From assembly GCA_017480745.1 (NCBI GenBank), contig JAFUSA010000005.1, positions 4,462 to 68,461 of the forward strand: a stretch of DNA of 64,000 nucleotides. The letters run 5' to 3'. Shown here in pieces: positions 9,901 through 19,395 of this stretch. The notes below the pieces were generated by a model. That model was not told the origin of the DNA, did no database searches, and saw only the letters and a list, made by a program, of their open reading frames with translations. The translations under genes and the position numbers were made by a program. The DNA comes from Alphaproteobacteria bacterium. GTDB taxonomy: Bacteria; Pseudomonadota; Alphaproteobacteria; RF32; CAG-239. Within the stretch, counting starts at the first letter, position 1; every line of letters starts with the position of its first letter.

Positions 9901-10344
9901 TAAGATATTCTGGCAAAAACTGTGAATAGTCTGAATCTTCAAGCCACCGGGTGTATCAAGCAAACAAGCAAATAATGTGCGAGCCTTATTTCTGAATTGA
10001 TGCAATTTATCGGCAGAATCGGCTTCGCTTCCCAATATATTGAGCAAAGATTCTTCCAATTTTTCTTCCGGCATAACCGCCCATTCACTCAAACGCTTTG
10101 AAATGCGTGTATTCATCTCTGCCGCTGCTGCTTTGGTATATGTTAAACACAAAATCTGTTCAGGTCTAACATTGTGCAATAACAACTGCAAAACTCTATC
10201 AGACAGCACTTTTGTTTTTCCGGTACCGGCAGAAGCCTCTACCCATACCGAAGTATGTGGATTTGCGGCCTTGCGCTGCTCTTCTGTTGCATTTTTTTTG
10301 CGCGCTTCCACCTCATTTTTATAATCTTCAATTACCTTAATCAT
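6955..10344 (-). CDS. addA: Double-strand break repair helicase-nuclease AddA
   Basis: 1129 aa. UvrD-type helicase motifs (ASAGTGKT, DEAQDTSP) and a C-terminal nuclease motif (IIVDFKTN). Lies directly downstream of addB. Confidence 0.85.
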   Translation of the reverse strand: MIKVIEDYKNEVEARKKNATEEQRKAANPHTSVWVEASAGTGKTKVLSDRVLQLLLHNVRPEQILCLTYTKAAAAEMNTRISKRLSEWAVMPEEKLEESLLNILGSEADSADKLHQFRNKARTLFACLLDTPGGLKIQTIHSFCQNILKRFPLEAGISPYFEIMNDRESSDILESIQTNLLSKHNSAPVGDAIRYLTREMKEEPFENMIEDVTKNRYKIAEILVKHNGIDNFLQDLQKKLSVNPIYTAEDLKADFMQKVSAHKLAQYMEVLSGGSTNDQKKMKAMEEVLSHGLRGETYEEYRNLFLTKEGERRADSSLITKKNAEKNPQTLENLIKDAEDVLELERTLINLNLYNSTKAFFTIAQELNNRFEEYKQKSAKLDYSDLIRLTVDLLSDSATSSWVLFKLDGGINHILVDEAQDTSPEQWQIVKSLSEEFFAGDGQKEQDRTIFVVGDRKQSIYSFQGADPHKFDEMASYFATKAKDKFARVNLHNSFRSAPAVLETVNHLFAKNNVADGVVSAGEKVNHVPVRAGQFGRVEIWPLMVAQKDDKVVNDKEWLPPMEMTQRVSVRTKLAQKMAATIRTMVDKSAHTAHPLHYRDFMILVRKRNDFVTDFIRACKKENVNIAGADVIVLSKQIVVQDLLSLGKFLLLPQDDLSLAEVLKSPLFGLTDAELEDLCFGRGNKLLWTCLQETKKYENNVTKQLKDLFDDLDYIRPYELYTRVLREQDGRKKFIARMGVEVEDALDEFMNQALIYEQTQIPNMQGFLAWMGQSDVEIKREGEDADNDAVRLMTAHHSKGLQAPVVFLPDTVSYHKPQHKQAFLTDNDLAYYPLCGDSYEDCCENILQKIKEAELEEYRRLLYVALTRAEDTLIVCGYSNSNDIDENSWYSLCYNGFKDFGVAEENIGLVYETPDILPKKQDKNNSSAEEQADFENWMFVEAENENGLGKPYTPSKLVDEDDVDSASPLKDDAVYYRRGTLIHKLLQFLPPQANDYQALIDEYLHRNAGDFSANKQAEIKHEVLNLINSVHFDWLFGEHSQAEVPIIGRVGDKIISAQIDRLITLPEEHRVIIVDFKTNREAAADLEHTPPAYKTQLMLYAELIKQIYQEWRVESYILWTNETRLMKVA

Positions 10345-10361
10345 CAGCGGTTCCTCAAATC

Positions 10362-13271
10362 TTACTGTTCATCATCTTTAACAGACCACTCTAAAAGTCG
10401 CGACAAGTGTTCATAATTGCTACTATATTTACTACTACTGTTTTGGGTTAAATACGGACGATTCGGATTATCAAATTCCGTTATTAATTCACGTAAAATA
10501 CCGTCTATTTTTTCTGCTGCCTGTTGTGTTTGTTCAAAATCAGTATAATTTTCAGCCTTATCCTTAAAACCCCAATAGCGCAAACTATTAACTTTTCGAG
10601 CTCTAATACCCTCAAAACCGCCTTTCTCCGCTATCAAACCTTCTATCGGTAGCTGAGGAGCCGTGCCGGCAACCATTTCTTTGCTACTGCGCATTTTTCC
10701 GGTTTTGTAATCAATAATATTGATAAATCCGTCTTTTGTTTCATCCACACGATCAGCTTTGGCTGTTATTTGAAAATTGCCGGCCGGAGCAATATAGTTA
10801 ATACAACCGGTTATTTCGTTATGAATCTCGCTGATATTTTGACGATATGAAGTTTCTACATCTACCAACCAGTTTATGATATTAATGTAGCGTGGCCACC
10901 AAAATGCCATAACATCTAAGGATATACCGGAATCGGCAAAGAATTTTTCTCCTAATTCAGAAAGCTCTCGACGTGCCAATCCGGCTTCCGGAAATTGACT
11001 TTTATACTTATCATTGAAAGTCTGTAAAATCTCATGCACAATGTTACCAAAATCAACACTTAATTTTTCACCATCTAAATCATCAAGAGGATATAAAGAC
11101 AAAACATATTTTGCATAAATGACATACGGATCGCGCATTAAATTTTCCACATTATTTGCCGATAATTTGCGCGGCCGGCGAGAAACAACAGGCTTAGGCA
11201 TCGGGGCCGATAAGGCGGCCATTTTTTCTCGGCGGTCAAGCATTTTTGCCCAATATGCAAACTTATTATCATAAATAAAGTTGAATTTTTTTACATTTTG
11301 CTCCTTATCACTATCATCAGTGGCAAAATTTGCTTCCAAAACAGTTTCCAAACGTAACCACCAACGCGACTTGTTTGCCGGAGCTCCATCAGCCTTTTGT
11401 GCACGCGTTAAATAAACCTCAGGTGCTTGCAACAGATTGGCAAAATCTGCCGCCGCAACACCAATACTGCGTTCCGGCAGAGGTAAGCCGAATTGTTGTT
11501 TCATCGGGCGAGACATCCACATATCGGCTTCCGGTAACTTTGGCCATACACCCTCGTTTACTTCGCCCAAAACAGTAACATCAAAACGACATAAACGCGC
11601 TTCAATAGGTCCCAAAATTTTGATACGTCTGTGAGCTCCGTATCTGTTGCGCACATTTTTTTCACTCAGCAATAAATTTAAAAATCCGCTGTAATCATTG
11701 GTTTGAATAATATCGAGTCCATCACCTTTCATCAATAAATCACTAACAAAATCTGCGGCAACCTTACCGGCATCCTTGCGCCAAATTATTTGTCCTCCTT
11801 TTTTGATATCAGTATTTGCCAGATTTTCCGCCGCTTTTATGTGAGCTTTAAAAATATCTATAAACTTTACACGTGGTTGCAAATACAAATCTTTCAGCTC
11901 CGCAAATGAGTGCCAAAAACTCTCTAATAACAGTTCGGAATCCGGATTTAATTTTTTTTGTTTACGCCATGCCAGCTCAATTTGGTGCACCATCTTATTA
12001 AATTGACTACGCTCATAACCACATGCGGTAAACGGATGTTTTAATAAAGCAATAACCGACGTTTGAGTATTTTGCTCCAACACATCAATTATCAGCCTTA
12101 AATAAATTCCGAGTGGAGTTAAATTAAGCGGTTGACCGGCAGAATCATCTGCATAAATATTCCATTTTTTCAATTCGGCCACCACTCGACGAGATAAATT
12201 TCTATCCAACGTTACCAAGGCCGCCGTTTTATCTTTTTCTTCCATCGTTCTTCGCAAAATCAAAGCTATCGCCTGCGCCTCTTGTCGCACATCATCGGTT
12301 GTAACTAAGTGAATATGCTTAAAAGCGTTCTCTGATAAACTGTTAACACCCAAATTTCGCCAATCGGCAGAAGAAGATGACGGACGCATTATTTCTGAAA
12401 CGGCTTTTTCTTTTTCGCTTATTTTTTCATCGGGCAAATTAACAACCGCAAAACGAGAAATCTCTAAACTTTCCAACAATTCTTTCAGTTCAAACTGGGG
12501 ATGATTTTCATCGATATTTTGCCACGATTTATCATCCAAATAAGTATCTAAACCATATAAATACAGCTCACCTTGCGGCAAATTAATTACACACTCGGCC
12601 AATTCTTTCAAATACGGAAAAGCAGCCGTTGTTCCGCACAAAATAACCGGTTTAGCCATATTTAATTTTTTCCACAAAGCCATTTCTGCGCGCAACAAAT
12701 TTTTACGCCGATCCGCTAAATCTATCATCCCCTTTTCTGCCAAAATATGTGGCCAATGAGATGTAATTATTTGCAATAACAACAAAGTTTGCTGCCAATG
12801 ATCAGAATATTCCTCAGGAACCAAATTTTTTAAATCTTCAGTATTTAATTCTTCATTTTTTATCAAATCAAGCAATTTGCCAAGACTTTTAGCCAACGCA
12901 TATGCTTGTGCTAATGACACCTGTTTAAGACCAAATCGACTACCTTGCATAATCAAGCGTGTAAAAATAAAAATGCGCTCATCGTTGCTTATGGCCGGAC
13001 TAAGCGCCGACAATATATCAGATGCCGATGTTAAATAAACTTCTTCGTCATCTAAATCAGCCACCGGAGCAATGCGCGGTAAGATTATCGGAGATAAACC
13101 GCTTTGTCGCACAAAAGCTTCCGTTAAATTTTGACACGCACGACGATTGGGCATCAAAAACAAAACATCCGCCAATTTTTGCGGATTTTCACTATACCTT
13201 TCAATAAAACGCTCGGCCAAAACATCCACAAAAGATTGTGTGGCCCTTATATTATAAACTTTGTTCGTCAC
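10362..13271 (-). CDS. addB: Double-strand break repair protein AddB
   Basis: About 970 aa with C-terminal PD-(D/E)XK-like ADRVDE..IIDYKTG. I prefer the GTG at 13271 (AGGAG 5 nt upstream) over the TTG at 13286, which overlaps the rdgB stop. Confidence 0.8.
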   Translation of the reverse strand: MTNKVYNIRATQSFVDVLAERFIERYSENPQKLADVLFLMPNRRACQNLTEAFVRQSGLSPIILPRIAPVADLDDEEVYLTSASDILSALSPAISNDERIFIFTRLIMQGSRFGLKQVSLAQAYALAKSLGKLLDLIKNEELNTEDLKNLVPEEYSDHWQQTLLLLQIITSHWPHILAEKGMIDLADRRKNLLRAEMALWKKLNMAKPVILCGTTAAFPYLKELAECVINLPQGELYLYGLDTYLDDKSWQNIDENHPQFELKELLESLEISRFAVVNLPDEKISEKEKAVSEIMRPSSSSADWRNLGVNSLSENAFKHIHLVTTDDVRQEAQAIALILRRTMEEKDKTAALVTLDRNLSRRVVAELKKWNIYADDSAGQPLNLTPLGIYLRLIIDVLEQNTQTSVIALLKHPFTACGYERSQFNKMVHQIELAWRKQKKLNPDSELLLESFWHSFAELKDLYLQPRVKFIDIFKAHIKAAENLANTDIKKGGQIIWRKDAGKVAADFVSDLLMKGDGLDIIQTNDYSGFLNLLLSEKNVRNRYGAHRRIKILGPIEARLCRFDVTVLGEVNEGVWPKLPEADMWMSRPMKQQFGLPLPERSIGVAAADFANLLQAPEVYLTRAQKADGAPANKSRWWLRLETVLEANFATDDSDKEQNVKKFNFIYDNKFAYWAKMLDRREKMAALSAPMPKPVVSRRPRKLSANNVENLMRDPYVIYAKYVLSLYPLDDLDGEKLSVDFGNIVHEILQTFNDKYKSQFPEAGLARRELSELGEKFFADSGISLDVMAFWWPRYINIINWLVDVETSYRQNISEIHNEITGCINYIAPAGNFQITAKADRVDETKDGFINIIDYKTGKMRSSKEMVAGTAPQLPIEGLIAEKGGFEGIRARKVNSLRYWGFKDKAENYTDFEQTQQAAEKIDGILRELITEFDNPNRPYLTQNSSSKYSSNYEHLSRLLEWSVKDDEQ

Positions 13272-13282
13272 TTTGGCTCCTG

Positions 13283-13879
13283 TCAAAGATTATCAATTAA
13301 ATATTGCTTGAATTTTTGCATTGCTCTGCCTCGATGAGAAATTTTATTTTTATCTTCATGCGACATTTGAGCAAAACTGCATGAATAGCCGTCAGGAATA
13401 AATATCGGATCATAACCGAAACCGTTTGCACCTAACATTTTTTGCTCTGCAATTATTCCGTCAACCCGACCTTCAAACAATTCGTATTTACCATCAGGAT
13501 ATGCTAACGAAACCACACAGGAAAAATGCGCCTTGCGACTCGGATTACCACTTTTAACAATCTCATCTAATAATTTATCCATTCCTTTTGCAAAATCACG
13601 ATTCGGAGCATAACGAGCAGAATATACACCAGGCGCACCGTGCAAAGCATCCACACAAAGACCGGAATCATCTGCAATACAAGGGATTCCGGTATACTTT
13701 GCTATTGTTTTTGATTTCAATAACGAATTTTCGGCAAAAGTTGTTCCGGTTTCTTCCACATCTGGCAAATCTAAATCATCAGCCGAACAAACTTCAACTC
13801 CCAAAGGCAGCAACATTTCTTTCACTTCTGCTATTTTTCCGGCGTTATGGCTGGCAAAAATTATTTTTTTCAACAACAT
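13283..13879 (-). CDS. rdgB: dITP/XTP pyrophosphatase (Ham1/RdgB family)
   Basis: 198 aa. FASHNAGK, ADDSGL and GFGYDPIF motifs. Confidence 0.9.
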   Translation of the reverse strand: MLLKKIIFASHNAGKIAEVKEMLLPLGVEVCSADDLDLPDVEETGTTFAENSLLKSKTIAKYTGIPCIADDSGLCVDALHGAPGVYSARYAPNRDFAKGMDKLLDEIVKSGNPSRKAHFSCVVSLAYPDGKYELFEGRVDGIIAEQKMLGANGFGYDPIFIPDGYSCSFAQMSHEDKNKISHRGRAMQKFKQYLIDNL

Positions 13880-13881
13880 TA

Positions 13882-14592
13882 TTATTCTCCCAAAACTCGT
13901 TTTTGCGCCATGATAATTTGATGAATCCCTGATTTAGCTAAGCGAAACAGTTCATTAAATTCGTTTTCATTAAAAGTTGCACCCTCGGCAGTAGCCTGTA
14001 TTTCCACAATACGTCCGCTTTCCGTTAAAACAAAATTTGTATCGGCATCAGCATGTGAATCCTCAGAATAATCTAAATCAAGCATTGTTTCTCCGTCTAT
14101 AATACCGCAAGATACCGCCGCAACAAACTCTTTTATAGGGTTACGTAACAATCGCCCCTCATTTACCATTTTGCGCATAGCTATATATAATGCAACAAAT
14201 GCGCCGGAAATTGACGCAGTTCGCGTACCACCGTCCGCCTGCAACACATCACAATCTATTTGCACACATATTTCAGGCATGGCTTTTAAATCAACTGCGG
14301 CTCTTAAACTGCGCCCGATTAACCGTTGGATTTCGTGAGTGCGACCACCGACTCCTTTTGTTTCGCGCGAAACTCTTGTTTGCGTTGAACGTGGTAATAA
14401 CGCATATTCAGCGGTTATCCAACCATGTCCCTTATCTTTCAGCCATGCCGGAAGATTCTCGTCCACAGTAGCCGTGCACAATACCTTAGTATTTCCGCAT
14501 TTTACCAAACAAGACCCTTCGGCATATATATTTACATTGGTGACAAATTCCAAATTTCGCATTTGTTCGTTGCTTCTGCCGCTATAACGCAT
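13882..14592 (-). CDS. rph: Ribonuclease PH
   Basis: MRYSGRSNEQMR..EGSCLVKCGNTKVLCTA..QADGGTR. ATG at 14592 with AAGGA RBS, 2 nt after the aroK stop. The ORF track's TTG at 14598 is less likely. Confidence 0.9.
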   Translation of the reverse strand: MRYSGRSNEQMRNLEFVTNVNIYAEGSCLVKCGNTKVLCTATVDENLPAWLKDKGHGWITAEYALLPRSTQTRVSRETKGVGGRTHEIQRLIGRSLRAAVDLKAMPEICVQIDCDVLQADGGTRTASISGAFVALYIAMRKMVNEGRLLRNPIKEFVAAVSCGIIDGETMLDLDYSEDSHADADTNFVLTESGRIVEIQATAEGATFNENEFNELFRLAKSGIHQIIMAQKRVLGE

Positions 14593-14594
14593 AC

Positions 14595-15152
14595 TCAATC
14601 CTTTCTTTTATATTCACTATCATAAAACCTGTTGATGGCCGATATCACATGTCTTACCGTATTTTCCACACGTTCATTGCGGGTTTCTACCACAATATCT
14701 GCTTCGGAATAAAAAGGATATTCCTCATTAATGTATTCCCCCAATTTGGCTTTTACCGATTCATTATCCCCAAGCAAAAAAGGCCGTCTGGTTCGTCCTG
14801 CCGTGCGATGGTAAAGAGTATCTATATCAGCTTTCAACCAAATTGTCAGAGCATTAGTTTTTGCTAATTCACGTGTTGTTTGCGCCACAAAAGATCCTCC
14901 GCCGGAAGCCAAAACACATGGCATACCATTCAACAAACGTTTCATAACCCTTTCTTCTCCGGCTCTATATTCTTTCTCGCCAAAGCATTTAAACACATCA
15001 ACCAAAGACAATCCGGCTGCTTTTTCTATTTCCTGATCTCCATCAACAAACGGTAAAGAGAGTTTACGCGCCAAACGCCTACCCACACTGGTTTTACCAC
15101 TTCCCATAAGTCCTACCAGCAAAATTATTTTATCTATTTTAGGCATTTTCAT
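14595..15152 (-). CDS. aroK: Shikimate kinase
   Basis: 185 aa. LVGLMGSGKTSVGRRLA..FVDGDQEIE. Confidence 0.85.
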   Translation of the reverse strand: MKMPKIDKIILLVGLMGSGKTSVGRRLARKLSLPFVDGDQEIEKAAGLSLVDVFKCFGEKEYRAGEERVMKRLLNGMPCVLASGGGSFVAQTTRELAKTNALTIWLKADIDTLYHRTAGRTRRPFLLGDNESVKAKLGEYINEEYPFYSEADIVVETRNERVENTVRHVISAINRFYDSEYKRKD

Positions 15153-15243
15153 TTTTATCTTTTTTTGTTTTTAACTATTGACCTTAGTATATAACCTTGT
15201 TAATATATAATCAATATCTTTTTAACAACTTATGAGGAAAATT

Positions 15244-15411
15244 ATGCGTAAGAGCGGATTCAACAGTTCATATTCAAGACAAAGTAACCTTAAAGTTGCG
15301 CTATATGCCATCGGATTGGCTGTAATTTTAGGGATTTGTGCCATTATGCTGCAAGATATTCAAGTCCCGGTTGAGCATGTAACGCAGGACATTAACGTAA
15401 GTGTAGAATAA
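15244..15411 (+). CDS. Small membrane protein (55 aa), not in the ORF track
   Basis: ATG at 15244, 6 nt after GAGGA. MRKSGFNSSYSRQSNLKVALYAIGLAVILGICAIMLQ.. has one predicted TM helix. Stop at 15409-15411, 2 nt before the xerD ATG. Confidence 0.35.
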   Translation: MRKSGFNSSYSRQSNLKVALYAIGLAVILGICAIMLQDIQVPVEHVTQDINVSVE

Positions 15412-15413
15412 TT

Positions 15414-16343
15414 ATGCTCGGCCGGCAAATAGAGTTATTTTTACAAATGATGGCGGCGGAAAAAGGCGCCGCACAGAATTCTATTGCGGCATACGAACGT
15501 GATTTAGAGCAATTTTTGCAATTTAACAACTTGGGATTAAAAGATTCTATCCATAAAGCCGATATTGAAAATTTTTTGCAAGACTTGCATACAAGAGGAT
15601 TCACACCCAAAACTATTGCTCGTAAACTATCTGCCGTACGTGAATTTTGCAAATTTTTATATTCGGAAAAAATAATTGCCGATAACCCCGCATCAAATAT
15701 CACGGCACCCAAACAAGAAAAACCTTTGCCTAAATTTTTAAGCATTGAAGAAATCAAAGACTTAATAAACACGGCAAATCAAAGCAATGACTATCGCATA
15801 AGGCGAATAGCCGTAATGATTGAGCTGATGTATGCAACCGGTTTGCGTGTTTCTGAACTGGTCGGGCTTCCCAATAACGCCGTAAACAATGAAAAAGGAT
15901 TAATTACGGTGCTTGGCAAAGGCAGTAAAGAAAGAATCATACCAATAGCCGAACACACACAAATGATTTTAGCACAATATAAAGAAGTTCGCCATGAATT
16001 TATTAAAAAAAACTCATCTTCACCTTGGCTTTTTCCTTCTGTTGTCGCTATGGACGGACATTTAACACGCGACGCTTTTTATAAAGATTTGAAAAAATTA
16101 GCCGCCGAATGCGGTATTTATCCATCACGGATCACGCCACACGTGTTAAGGCACTCGTTTGCCACACACTTAATCAATAATGATGCCGATTTACGCTCCG
16201 TGCAAAAGATGCTCGGACACGAAAGTATCGGAACAACAGAGATTTATACCCATATTTTTAAACAAAAACTTCTTAAAACCATACAACAAAAACATCCTCT
16301 TGGAAGTTTAGGTTGCAAAAAGGAAAAAGAAGATGAAGAATGA
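15414..16343 (+). CDS. xerD: Tyrosine recombinase XerD (XerC/D family)
   Basis: 309 aa. C-terminal RHSFATHL..LGHESIGTTEIYTH catalytic region. Divergent from aroK. Confidence 0.75.
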   Translation: MLGRQIELFLQMMAAEKGAAQNSIAAYERDLEQFLQFNNLGLKDSIHKADIENFLQDLHTRGFTPKTIARKLSAVREFCKFLYSEKIIADNPASNITAPKQEKPLPKFLSIEEIKDLINTANQSNDYRIRRIAVMIELMYATGLRVSELVGLPNNAVNNEKGLITVLGKGSKERIIPIAEHTQMILAQYKEVRHEFIKKNSSSPWLFPSVVAMDGHLTRDAFYKDLKKLAAECGIYPSRITPHVLRHSFATHLINNDADLRSVQKMLGHESIGTTEIYTHIFKQKLLKTIQQKHPLGSLGCKKEKEDEE

Positions 16344-16854
16344 AATTAAAATCAACAAAGAACATACCCTAAATGATTTAACTAATGTGGCACAAACTAT
16401 TATGCCTTTGGTTAAACAAATTTTGGGCCCGAAAAATTATTTATTGTTGGAACTTTTGAAAAACTGGCAAGATATTGTCGGTGAGGATATGACGCAATAT
16501 AGTTTGCCGCAAAAAGTAACTTTTCGCAAAAACGAACGAACTGATGGAAGTTTAACCCTTCTTGTGCCAAGTGGTGCTTTTGCAATGGAAATTCAGCAAA
16601 AAGAACGAAAAATTTTAGAAAAAATAAATGCTTTTTTAGGATATTCGGCTTTTGCCAAAATAAAAATATTGCAAAACGGAAATCCTGACATTTTCAGAGC
16701 AACCAAAAAATCCAGTGATAAGATAAAAAAAATCCTTGTATCCGAAAAAGAACAAAATTATATTATTCAGCAAATAAAAGACATAAATAATCCTGATTTG
16801 CGAGATATTCTTGAAAAATTGGGCAAAGCGGTGATGTGTGATAACAGAAAATAG
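16333..16854 (+). CDS. DUF721/DciA-like protein
   Basis: 173 aa. LLKNWQDIVGEDM..GSLTLLVPSGAFAMEIQ pattern typical of DUF721. Start overlaps the xerD stop. Confidence 0.55.
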   Translation: MKNEIKINKEHTLNDLTNVAQTIMPLVKQILGPKNYLLLELLKNWQDIVGEDMTQYSLPQKVTFRKNERTDGSLTLLVPSGAFAMEIQQKERKILEKINAFLGYSAFAKIKILQNGNPDIFRATKKSSDKIKKILVSEKEQNYIIQQIKDINNPDLRDILEKLGKAVMCDNRK

Positions 16855-17593
16855 GAGACTGATTTTGGAAGAGATTATCAAAAAAATAAGTAATACACTG
16901 ACGTTGGTGATTGCGTTTTTCGTTTCTGCGATATTTTACTTCAATTATAAAGGTTTTGTTTATGAAGACGGCAAAATTTTTTTGAAACCGCAAGAAGCAA
17001 AGGCCACGGAAATGAATGGGATTGCCTCGGTTTTGCCGAAAGATATTGCACTCAATGTTTCCTATAAATTTGCCGAAGGCTCTGAAAAAGCGCCGTTAAC
17101 AATGTATGAATTTTCTTCTTTCGGCTGTCCGCATTGCGCAGATTTTCATTTAGATACCATGCCCAAACTAAAACGTGATTTTATGGATAAAGGTTTGTTA
17201 CGCGTCGTATTTGTTAATTTTCCTTTGGACAAGCAATCGATGAAAGTTGCTATGCTTTCTGAATGTATGACTTATGAAAATTATACTTCTTTTGTTGACA
17301 ACATGTTTTCCGAACAACGTTCTTGGTGGCAGGATACGGATAACGAGCGTTTGTTTCAATATGCTGCCGAATATGGTTTGAGTTATGACGAAGCCCAACG
17401 TTGTATCGGTAATGACGCAGTTGCGCGCGATATAGTAAGTTTAAGACAAGACGCGATGACAAGACTCGGAATACAGGGAACTCCGGCCTTTATGATTTCC
17501 GGAGCTGACGGTAATGAAATTATATACGGGGCGCGCGGATACGATGAAGTTAAAAATTATATAGAAAGTCGCCTTTTACGTTTACAAAAATAA
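16838..17593 (+). CDS. DsbA-family thiol:disulfide oxidoreductase, membrane anchored
   Basis: CPHC active site (FSSFGCPHCADFH) after an N-terminal TM segment. The true start may be the TTG at 16865, after AGGAGA at 16853-16858. Confidence 0.7.
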   Translation: MITENRRLILEEIIKKISNTLTLVIAFFVSAIFYFNYKGFVYEDGKIFLKPQEAKATEMNGIASVLPKDIALNVSYKFAEGSEKAPLTMYEFSSFGCPHCADFHLDTMPKLKRDFMDKGLLRVVFVNFPLDKQSMKVAMLSECMTYENYTSFVDNMFSEQRSWWQDTDNERLFQYAAEYGLSYDEAQRCIGNDAVARDIVSLRQDAMTRLGIQGTPAFMISGADGNEIIYGARGYDEVKNYIESRLLRLQK

Positions 17594-17604
17594 GGTTTCT
17601 GAAT

Positions 17605-17904
17605 ATGTCTGAAACTCCGCAAGATATTCATGATTTGGATGAGCGTATTGTTAAAGCAAAAAATAAACATTTAAGTGCGACAAATCCTTCACCGCAAAGG
17701 GTAGTTTTTATAAATGTTTTACAAATAACGTTAGAGATGCTCTCACCTCTTATTGTTGCTACATGTATAGGATATTTGTTGGATAACTTGCTAAATACGC
17801 TTCCTATAATAATGATTGTTATGATAGTGTTTGGCGTTGCAGCCGGAGTTTTAAATGCTTATCGAGCAGCGGTTAAAATAGATAAAGATATGAAAGAAGA
17901 TTAG
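17605..17904 (+). CDS. atpI: ATP synthase protein I-like (AtpI/AtpZ family)
   Basis: 99 aa with two TM helices, immediately upstream of the F0 a subunit. Confidence 0.5.
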   Translation: MSETPQDIHDLDERIVKAKNKHLSATNPSPQRVVFINVLQITLEMLSPLIVATCIGYLLDNLLNTLPIIMIVMIVFGVAAGVLNAYRAAVKIDKDMKED

Positions 17905-17908
17905 TGCA

Positions 17909-18634
17909 ATGGAAAATCCATTAGAACAGTTTGCCATAAAAAAAATCATACCATGGGATATTAATGGTTACGACATATCTTTTACTAATTCATCGCTGTG
18001 TATGGTTATTACGGTATTGTTTATCATAACATTCATGAGTTTATGCCTGCGTAAGCGGGCAATAGTCCCGAATATGGGACAGGCAATTTCAGAGGCTGTT
18101 TATGATTTTGTGCAAGGTATTGTCGGGGAAAATTTAGGTAAAGACGGTAGCAAATATGTGTCTTTAATTTTTACGTTATTTACATTCATTGCTTGCGGTA
18201 ATTTGCTGGGATTATTTCCATACAGTTTCACATTCACATCACACATTGCCGCAGTTGGTGCCTTGTCATTGCTGTTTCTTATATTAAATATAATTTTCGG
18301 AATAAAGCGGCGCGGATGGGGATATCTTCATACCTTTTTTCCGCACGGAGTTCCGGTTATTATGGCTCCGTTAATAACCCCGATTGAAATACTGTCTTTG
18401 CTATCAAAGCCATTCAGCCTGACTATTCGTTTGGCGGTTAATATGTCGGTAGGACATATTATGCTTAAAGTTTTCGGAACATTTATTGTTATGCTGCAAT
18501 TCTTCGGTTTCATACCGTTAATTGCGGATATGTGCATTATAATGTTTGAATTATTTATCACTTTGCTGCAAGCTTATATATATACGGTATTGAGCTGTGT
18601 TTATTTAAGCCAGTCAATCAGTGATGAGGAATAA
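17909..18634 (+). CDS. atpB: F0F1 ATP synthase subunit a
   Basis: 241 aa polytopic protein. LSLTIRLAVNMSVGH contains the conserved Arg region. Position in the a-c-b'-b operon fits. Confidence 0.9.
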   Translation: MENPLEQFAIKKIIPWDINGYDISFTNSSLCMVITVLFIITFMSLCLRKRAIVPNMGQAISEAVYDFVQGIVGENLGKDGSKYVSLIFTLFTFIACGNLLGLFPYSFTFTSHIAAVGALSLLFLILNIIFGIKRRGWGYLHTFFPHGVPVIMAPLITPIEILSLLSKPFSLTIRLAVNMSVGHIMLKVFGTFIVMLQFFGFIPLIADMCIIMFELFITLLQAYIYTVLSCVYLSQSISDEE

Positions 18635-18658
18635 ATTTTAACAGAAAGGAATTAAATT

Positions 18659-18898
18659 ATGGAAAATGAGATTATTCAAAACAAAGCCTTCAACTATATT
18701 GCGGCTTCTATTTGTGCATTGGCACTTTCTGCCGGCGTATGGGGGTTGACAAAATTGTGGACCACATTAATTGAAACGGTCGGCCGCAATCCGCAAGTTA
18801 AGAAAGATGTTACCACTTTCGGATACATTGGTTTCGGTTCAATCGAATCTATTGCGCTGTATATATTTGTGGTAGCTATTTTAATCATCTTTTTCTAA
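18659..18898 (+). CDS. atpE: F0F1 ATP synthase subunit c (divergent helix 1)
   Basis: 79 aa helical hairpin. GRNP loop and carboxylate in GFGSIESIALY. Sits between the a and b' genes. Confidence 0.8.
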   Translation: MENEIIQNKAFNYIAASICALALSAGVWGLTKLWTTLIETVGRNPQVKKDVTTFGYIGFGSIESIALYIFVVAILIIFF

Positions 18899-18916
18899 GC
18901 GAACAAAGGATAATTA

Positions 18917-19393
18917 ATGCCTCAATTAGATTTTGCAACATATTTATCTCAAGCCTTTTGGCTGATAGTTTGTTTTTGTTTTTTATGGGCGGTATTGGCT
19001 AATTTTATAACACCGAAAATCGCCGATATACAAGAACAGCGCAAGCGCAAAATTGACGACTTTATTCAAAAAGCGGATAAATTGAACAAACAGGCGCAAA
19101 AATCTTTGGATAAATACAACAATGCTCTGAATGAGGCTAAAAATGTGGCAGAAAAGCAAATAGAAGCCGGAAAATCCGAACTAAAAAATTATTTGGATGA
19201 GGCCGAAAGAAAATCTGCAATAAAGTTAGGCAAAAAGATTGCCGACAGTGAGTTGCTTGTTGCCAAAGAAAAGAAAGAAACAATGCAACAAATAGAAATT
19301 ATTGCGCAAGATTTATCTTTTGATATTGTGCAAAAATTGGGATTTTCGCATATTAGCAAGCAAGATATAGCAAATATAAGCAAAAAGAGATAG
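18917..19393 (+). CDS. atpF2: F0F1 ATP synthase subunit b'
   Basis: 158 aa. One N-terminal TM helix, then a long charged coiled-coil-like helix. First of two b-type genes. Confidence 0.75.
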   Translation: MPQLDFATYLSQAFWLIVCFCFLWAVLANFITPKIADIQEQRKRKIDDFIQKADKLNKQAQKSLDKYNNALNEAKNVAEKQIEAGKSELKNYLDEAERKSAIKLGKKIADSELLVAKEKKETMQQIEIIAQDLSFDIVQKLGFSHISKQDIANISKKR

Positions 19394-19395
19394 CC

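Noticed and set aside
7057-13337. Numerous 60-140 aa ORFs antisense to addA/addB (for example 7671-8099, 8554-8865, 10040-10324, 11330-11578)
   Set aside because: They are fully embedded in long, well-supported genes on the other strand, lack RBS motifs and have low-complexity or biased composition typical of shadow ORFs. The same reasoning applies to shadow ORFs inside the 964-aa gene, pyrG, ppiD-like, dnaA, dnaN and recF.
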